A stretch of 64,000 nt of DNA from positions 554,793 to 618,792 of the forward strand of contig CAWEYY010000002.1 of the NCBI GenBank assembly GCA_963813435.1, given 5' to 3'. Shown here piece after piece: positions 59,314 to 64,000 of the stretch. A program made the position numbers and the translations under genes. Source of the DNA: an uncultured Actinomycetes bacterium. Its GTDB lineage: Bacteria; Actinomycetota; Thermoleophilia; Gaiellales; Gaiellaceae. Numbering within the stretch: position 1 is the stretch's first letter; each line of letters begins with the position of its first letter. The notes below the pieces were generated by a model, which saw only the letters and a list, made by a program, of their open reading frames with translations, did not search any database and was not told the origin of the DNA.

Positions 59314-59410
59314 CGATCAACCTTCTGACGGAGAGCGTGTCGACCGGTCAGCTCAGACGGCCGGCCAGGCAGAGCCCGCCCGGCCTGAAGGAGACGAGGC
59401 AAGCGTCGTC
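59314..59410 (-). repeat. 97-nt intercistronic structured element, copy B (pcaD-pcaC)
   Basis: Fills exactly the stop-to-start gap. About 77 of 97 positions are identical to copy A by my count. GAAGG Shine-Dalgarno 7 nt before the pcaC ATG. Confidence 0.8.
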
Positions 59411-60155
59411 TCAGGACCGGACCTCCTGAAGCACGGCGGCCGTCACCGCGTCGGGTTGCTCCACGTTCGCCAGATGGGCCGCATGTGGAACGACGACCGT
59501 CTCGGCTCTCGGAATGCCCTCGCTCAGCGTCTCGACCACGTCGGCCTGTGTCACCGGATCCTCCTCGCCGACGATCACGAGCGTGGGCGTCTCGATCTCG
59601 TCCAGGCGGTCGCGGAAGTCGAAGGCGCCGATCGCCTCGCAGCAGCGGGCGTAGCCCTCCGGCTCGATCGTGAGCAGGTCATCGAGGTAGCTCTGCGCAA
59701 CCGGGGTGTCTCTGAAGCTCGGCGTGAACCAGCGCTCGCGCAGACGGTCGACGAGGGCACCCGTGCCCTCCTCGCGCACCAGCGCGGCCCGCTCGGCCCA
59801 CTCCTCACTCGTGCCGAGCTTCGCGCCCGTGCAACAGAGCGTCAGCGTTTCGATCCGCTCGGGCGCCATAGCGGCGAGACACATTCCGACCATCCCGCCC
59901 AGCGAGAGGCCGCAGAACGAGAACCGATCGCCGTCGATCAAGCTCGAGGACCGCGCATGCGATCTCCTCGACCGACACCGGCCCGTCGGGCACCGGCGAG
60001 TCGCCGTGGCCCGGATGGTCGTGGCGCAGGACGCGGAAGCGGGCGGCGAACGCGTCGAGCTGCGGCTCCCAGAGGCGTGTCGTCGTCCCGAGCGAGTTCG
60101 AGAGCACGAGCAGCGGCGCGTCTTCGGGGCCGTCGAGGCGGCGGGCGAGCTTCAC
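59411..60155 (-). pseudogene. pcaD: 3-oxoadipate enol-lactonase carrying a 1-nt frameshift
   Basis: The N-terminal 72 aa (VKLARRLDGPEDAPLLVLSNSLGT...AVLEL) are in one frame and the C-terminal 176 aa (IDGDRFSFCGLSLGGM...) in another. They join at 59940-59941. Confidence 0.75.
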
Positions 60156-61396
60156 GCGTTCTCCTCCGCGTAGGCCAGCGCGCGGTCGACGAACGCGCCG
60201 GCCGAGCCGAGGTAGCCGGACGGATCGAGCGCGGCCTCGACCTCGTCCTCGCTCAGGCGCTCGGCGAGGACGTCGCGCAGCGGCCTGCCCTCGAGCGCGT
60301 CGCGTTCGATCCCGAGCTCGAAGACGGCCCGCTCGGAGAGCACCGCCTCGTCCACGTTCGCGCGCATCCGCTCCCCGTCGACCTCGAGTCCTTCGAGCAG
60401 GTCGGCCACGGCAGCAGCTGCGCCACCGGTCAACGCGAGGGCACGCGAGAGGGCGTCCCACTCGGCGTGCCAGCCTCCGAGCGCCCGCTCGTGTTCCTGC
60501 GCGAGCCCGCCCGTCAGCACGGAAGCGTCGGCGGCCACGAGCCGCGCCGAGGCGACCGCCAGGGCCGAGCCGACCGGGTTTCGCTTCTGCGGCATCGTCG
60601 ATGAGCCGCCTCCCTCGGGCACGGCGACCTCCGCGACCTCGGTCTGGGCAAGCAGCGCCACGTCGAGCCCGATCTTGGCCGTGACGCCGGCCGCGATCGC
60701 GAGCGCCGAGCCGAGCTGCGCGACGCGGACGCGGTTCGAGTGCCACGGCAGCGGCGGCTCCGCGAGCCCGAGCTCCTTCGCGAAGAGCCCGGCCACCTCG
60801 GCCCCGCGCTCGCCGAGCGGCGCGAGCGTCCCGGCCGCACCTCCGAGGCTGGCGGCCGGCTCGATGCCTCGAAGGCCGTTGCGCGCGTCCACGACGGCGA
60901 CCAGCCAGCCGGCCGACTTCAGCCCGAACGTGATCGGAACGGCCTGCTGCAAGAGCGTCCGCGCAGCCATGGTCGTGTTCCTGTGCTCACGTGCCAGACG
61001 CGCGCACTGGGCCGCGACGCGATCGACCTCGGTGAGGATCAGCTCGAGCGCCCGCCGCGCCACGAGCATCGACGCCGTGTCGAGGATGTCCTGGCTGGTG
61101 GCGCCCCAGTGGACGTACTGCGCAGCCTCGCCGCCGACCCCCTCGCGCAGCGCGGCGACCAGCGGCCCGACCGGAGTCCCGGTCGCGCGCCCGCGCTCGG
61201 TGATCTCCCCCACGTCGAACGACGCCTCGCGGCAGCTCGACGCGATCGCGTCCGCCGCCTCCGCCGGGATCACGCCCGCCGCGGACTCGGCTCGCGCAAG
61301 CGCCGCCTCTGCGTCGAGCATCGCGGCGAGCCACGCCTCTCCGGACGTGGCCTTCCGCAGCTCGGCCGGAACCGCGATCGCGGCGAAGATCGTCAA
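60152..61396 (-). CDS. pcaB: 3-carboxy-cis,cis-muconate cycloisomerase
   Basis: 414 aa, fumarate-lyase family (GSSTMPQKRNP). TTGA overlap with pcaG. Confidence 0.9.
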   Translation of the reverse strand: MTIFAAIAVPAELRKATSGEAWLAAMLDAEAALARAESAAGVIPAEAADAIASSCREASFDVGEITERGRATGTPVGPLVAALREGVGGEAAQYVHWGATSQDILDTASMLVARRALELILTEVDRVAAQCARLAREHRNTTMAARTLLQQAVPITFGLKSAGWLVAVVDARNGLRGIEPAASLGGAAGTLAPLGERGAEVAGLFAKELGLAEPPLPWHSNRVRVAQLGSALAIAAGVTAKIGLDVALLAQTEVAEVAVPEGGGSSTMPQKRNPVGSALAVASARLVAADASVLTGGLAQEHERALGGWHAEWDALSRALALTGGAAAAVADLLEGLEVDGERMRANVDEAVLSERAVFELGIERDALEGRPLRDVLAERLSEDEVEAALDPSGYLGSAGAFVDRALAYAEENA

Positions 61397-61878
61397 TGCT
61401 CGAAGAAGACGGTTTCTCGCTCACCCTGCATGCGGATGTCCCAGCGGAGCGCGCCGTCCTCCTGCTCGGCGACGAGTGTCGCGCGGTCGCTCTCATCCAG
61501 GGCCGAGAGCACCGGGTCGGTCGCGTTTGCCCCCTCGTCCGGGAAGTACACCCGCGTCAGCTGGTGCCGCAGGAGCCCGCGCGCGAACACGAAGACGTCG
61601 AACCGCGGCGCATGCCCCTCGAGCGCACCGGGTTTCGTCGCCACGAACGAGAAGCGTCCGTCGGAGTCCGTCCCGCTCCGCCCCCAGCGCCCGCCGGCCG
61701 CGTCCCAGATCTCGATCAGGCCGTCGCTGATCGGCGCGCCCTGGCCATCGTAGAGCTGCCCGATCAGCTGAAAAGCGCCCGTGTCGTTCCGGTCGGCGAG
61801 CTCGTTCTCCGGCCGGCGGCAGAGACCGAGCGTGTAGTAGGGCCCGACCGTCTGCGAGGCGGTCTTCGGGAGCGTCAC
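61393..61878 (-). CDS. pcaG: protocatechuate 3,4-dioxygenase alpha subunit
   Basis: 161 aa from VTLPKTASQTVGPYY. GTGA overlap with pcaH. It is the C-terminal part of track ORF 61393-62511. Confidence 0.85.
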   Translation of the reverse strand: MTLPKTASQTVGPYYTLGLCRRPENELADRNDTGAFQLIGQLYDGQGAPISDGLIEIWDAAGGRWGRSGTDSDGRFSFVATKPGALEGHAPRFDVFVFARGLLRHQLTRVYFPDEGANATDPVLSALDESDRATLVAEQEDGALRWDIRMQGERETVFFEH

Positions 61879-62609
61879 TGTCCGTTCTCCATCGGCGTCG
61901 TGCCGTTGCCGCCGCGGCCGAGGACGATGTCCCAGTCGTACGCGAGCGCCCATTCGGGCCGCGTCGCCTCTATGTCGAAGCGGGCTACGAGCAGCTCGCG
62001 GGACTTCGGGTCGCGTACCGAGTTGAAGATCGGGTCGTACGCGAACAGCGGATCGCCCGGGAAGTACATCTGCGTCACGAGCCGCTGCACGAACGCACCG
62101 CCGAAGATCGAGAAGTGAATGTGGGCCGGGCGCCAGGCGTTCTCGTGGTTCCCCCACGGGTACGCGCCGGGCTTGATCGTCACGAACCGGTAGCGGCCCT
62201 CCGAGTCGGTCAGGCACCGGCCGCCTCCGGAGAAGTTCGGGTCGAGCGGGGCGGGATGCTGGTCGACGATGTGGTGGTAGCGGCCGCACGCATTCGCCTG
62301 CCACACCTCGATCAGGGCGCCTGGCAGCGGGCGGCCGTCCTCGTCCTTGAGCGTGCCCGAGACGATGATTCGCTCGCCGAGCGGCTCGCCCGGGTGCCCG
62401 TGCGTCAGGTCGTGATCGTGCTCCTCGATCAGGTCGGCCCCGAACACGGGTCCGGCGAGGTCGTGCAGCTCCTCGGGGAGCGAGGCGAGCTTCCGCTTGG
62501 GCGCACGCCATTGCGTCGAGCGGTAGCCCGGGTAGTCGATCTGCACCTCCGGCCCGAAGCTCGGGTCGTCCGGGAGGACGATCGGGGAACCCTCGGCGTA
62601 CTCAGACAT
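61875..62609 (-). CDS. pcaH: protocatechuate 3,4-dioxygenase beta subunit
   Basis: 244 aa. Motifs WQANACGRYHH and RPAHIHFS. Confidence 0.9.
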   Translation of the reverse strand: MSEYAEGSPIVLPDDPSFGPEVQIDYPGYRSTQWRAPKRKLASLPEELHDLAGPVFGADLIEEHDHDLTHGHPGEPLGERIIVSGTLKDEDGRPLPGALIEVWQANACGRYHHIVDQHPAPLDPNFSGGGRCLTDSEGRYRFVTIKPGAYPWGNHENAWRPAHIHFSIFGGAFVQRLVTQMYFPGDPLFAYDPIFNSVRDPKSRELLVARFDIEATRPEWALAYDWDIVLGRGGNGTTPMENGQ

Positions 62610-63332
62610 CTAGCTCCGTCCTTTCGTTTTCAGGCCTCGAAGCGTGACGAGCTCCTCCTCGGTCGGCGGCTCGGTCTCGCCGAGCCCGTCCGCGACCCGG
62701 AGCTCCCAGCCGGTCGCCTCGTGTGCCTGGTCGACGCCGACACCCGGATGAAGCAGCGTCAACGTCAGCTCCCGCGTCTCCGGGTCCGGCTCGAGGATGC
62801 CGAGATCCGTCACGACCAGCTCGACCCGGTCGCCAACGCTCGTGAGGAAGTCGAGCTTCTCGACGAACGCGCGCGGGGTCTGCCTCAGCATCACGAACAC
62901 CTTCCTCGCGGCGGTCGCGATCTCGGGAGCGCCGCCGCCACCGGGGAGACGCACCTTCGGCGAGTCGTAGTCGCCGATCACCGTGCTGTTCAGGTTCCCC
63001 CACCGGTCGATCTGGGCGGCGCCGAGGAAGCCGACGTCCATGTGGCCGCCCTGCAGCCAGTAGGCGAACATCTCCGGAACCGACACGACCGAGTCAGCGG
63101 TCTCGGCCAGCTCGCCGTCGCCGATCGACAGCGGCAGCTCGATCGGCTTCGCGCCGATCGTCCCGCTCTCGTAGATGAGCACGCAGCCGGGCGCGTGCGT
63201 GGCCCGGGCGAGGTTGGCGGCGAGGCTCGGCAGGCCGATCCCGACGAAGCAGACATCACCGTCCGTCAGTCGCCGCGCGGCCTCGACGGCCATCATCTCG
63301 TCGGCTGTGTAGGTGACGGTCGACGTTGTCAC
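62610..63332 (-). CDS. pcaJ: 3-oxoadipate CoA-transferase subunit B (CoA-transferase family I)
   Basis: 240 aa. Pattern VCFVGIGLPSL...YESG...LPGGGGAPE. Function assigned from its position in the pca operon. Confidence 0.75.
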   Translation of the reverse strand: MTTSTVTYTADEMMAVEAARRLTDGDVCFVGIGLPSLAANLARATHAPGCVLIYESGTIGAKPIELPLSIGDGELAETADSVVSVPEMFAYWLQGGHMDVGFLGAAQIDRWGNLNSTVIGDYDSPKVRLPGGGGAPEIATAARKVFVMLRQTPRAFVEKLDFLTSVGDRVELVVTDLGILEPDPETRELTLTLLHPGVGVDQAHEATGWELRVADGLGETEPPTEEELVTLRGLKTKGRS

Positions 63333-63429
63333 AAGCCAACCTTCTGAAGGAGAACGTGTCGACCGCTCGGTTCAGACGGCCGCACGGGCAGAGCCCGTCC
63401 GGCCTGGAGGAGACGACACATGCGTCGTC
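63333..63429 (-). repeat. 97-nt intercistronic structured element, copy C (pcaI-pcaJ)
   Basis: Fills exactly the stop-to-start gap. Perfect 8-bp first hairpin and a 6-bp inner stem with compensatory changes relative to copy A. GAAGG Shine-Dalgarno 7 nt before the GTG. Confidence 0.8.
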
Positions 63430-64000
63430 TCATGCGGCCAGCACGTGCCTTTCCATCCAGGTGGCGAACTTGTCGCGGTCGCGGCTGATCGGATCCCAGG
63501 CCACGTAGAACTCGTTGTCGCGGTCGTAGTAGTTGGCCGCGTAGGAGGGGTGCGCACCGCGCGGCACGAGCGAGACCGCGCCGACCACCCAGCCGGGGAT
63601 CACGGTCGCGCCGGGCCGGGGCTCGAGCTCGTCGACGATCTCCTCGACGGTCACGATCGAGCGAGCCGACGCGAGGACGGTCTCCTTCTGGACGCCGAGG
63701 ATCCCCCAGAGCTGGACGTTCCCCTTCCGGTCGGCCCTCTGGGCGTGGACGATCCCGACGTCCGGCCGGTGCGCGGGAACCGCCGCGAGCTCCTCGTCCG
63801 TGAACGGGCAGGTGACCTTCCCGACCCGCGTGTGGGCCGCGAGGTCGCCGTGGCCGTAACCGCGCAGCACGCCGAACGGCAGGTTCGCCGCCCCGGCCGC
63901 GTAGGCGGTCGCCATCCCTGCGTGCGAGTGCTCCTCGATCTCGAGCGGCACCGGCCAGCCGTGCTCGACCGCGTCCCGGAGCCGGTGCAGAGAGCCGACC
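63430..64000 (-). CDS. pcaI: 3-oxoadipate CoA-transferase subunit A, 3' part; the gene continues beyond the right edge
   Basis: The frame stays open to the window end. The sequence ...LRGYGHGDL...VHAQRADRKGN... is CoA-transferase subunit A-like. Confidence 0.75.
   Translation of the reverse strand, partial: VGSLHRLRDAVEHGWPVPLEIEEHSHAGMATAYAAGAANLPFGVLRGYGHGDLAAHTRVGKVTCPFTDEELAAVPAHRPDVGIVHAQRADRKGNVQLWGILGVQKETVLASARSIVTVEEIVDELEPRPGATVIPGWVVGAVSLVPRGAHPSYAANYYDRDNEFYVAWDPISRDRDKFATWMERHVLAA

Overview
About 70% GC, gene-dense chromosomal segment with Actinomycetota-like gene content. No BLAST or HMM search was possible: all calls come from reading the ORF-track proteins and my own translations. 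No rRNA, tRNA, CRISPR array, transposase or integrase was seen.

Gene content, left to right:
- An OmpR-type two-component system with an ApbE flavin-transferase and ferric-reductase-like cluster.
- Aldehyde dehydrogenase plus a DUF779 gene.
- A group 3b-type [NiFe]-hydrogenase operon (beta, cNMP-like, gamma, small, large, protease, HypA-like), divergent from hypF-hypC-hypC'-hypD-hypE.
- A dihaem cytochrome c.
- aceB-aceA plus a GntR regulator.
- An NlpC/P60 hydrolase.
- A cbb3-type oxidase operon that ends in a 1073-aa divergent haem-copper-oxidase fusion protein.
- A second OmpR-type two-component system.
- An orphan PilX_N-type 677-aa surface protein, then a ZIP transporter.
- A DosS/DosR-like module with a USP and a P2-type ATPase.
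- A PatA-type acetyltransferase.
- Assorted redox and stress genes, a cyclase-STAND protein, and gabT with proline dehydrogenase.
- A pobA-pca protocatechuate operon.

Most interesting observations:
1. A previously unannotated family of structured elements that begin at a stop codon.
   - Three copies fill exactly 97 nt between stop and start codons, in hypD-hypE, pcaD-pcaC and pcaI-pcaJ.
   - They align without gaps, show compensatory stem changes and supply the downstream Shine-Dalgarno.
   - A fourth copy lies 3' of the cytochrome c gene; several degenerate fragments also occur.
2. The divergent oxidase-like fusion protein, which appears to have lost one invariant haem histidine.
3. A hydrogenase operon carrying a cNMP-binding-like gene with a degenerate phosphate-binding cassette and a zinc-domain-less HypA.

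Many long Arg/Ala/Pro-rich ORFs in the track are high-GC shadow frames and were not called.
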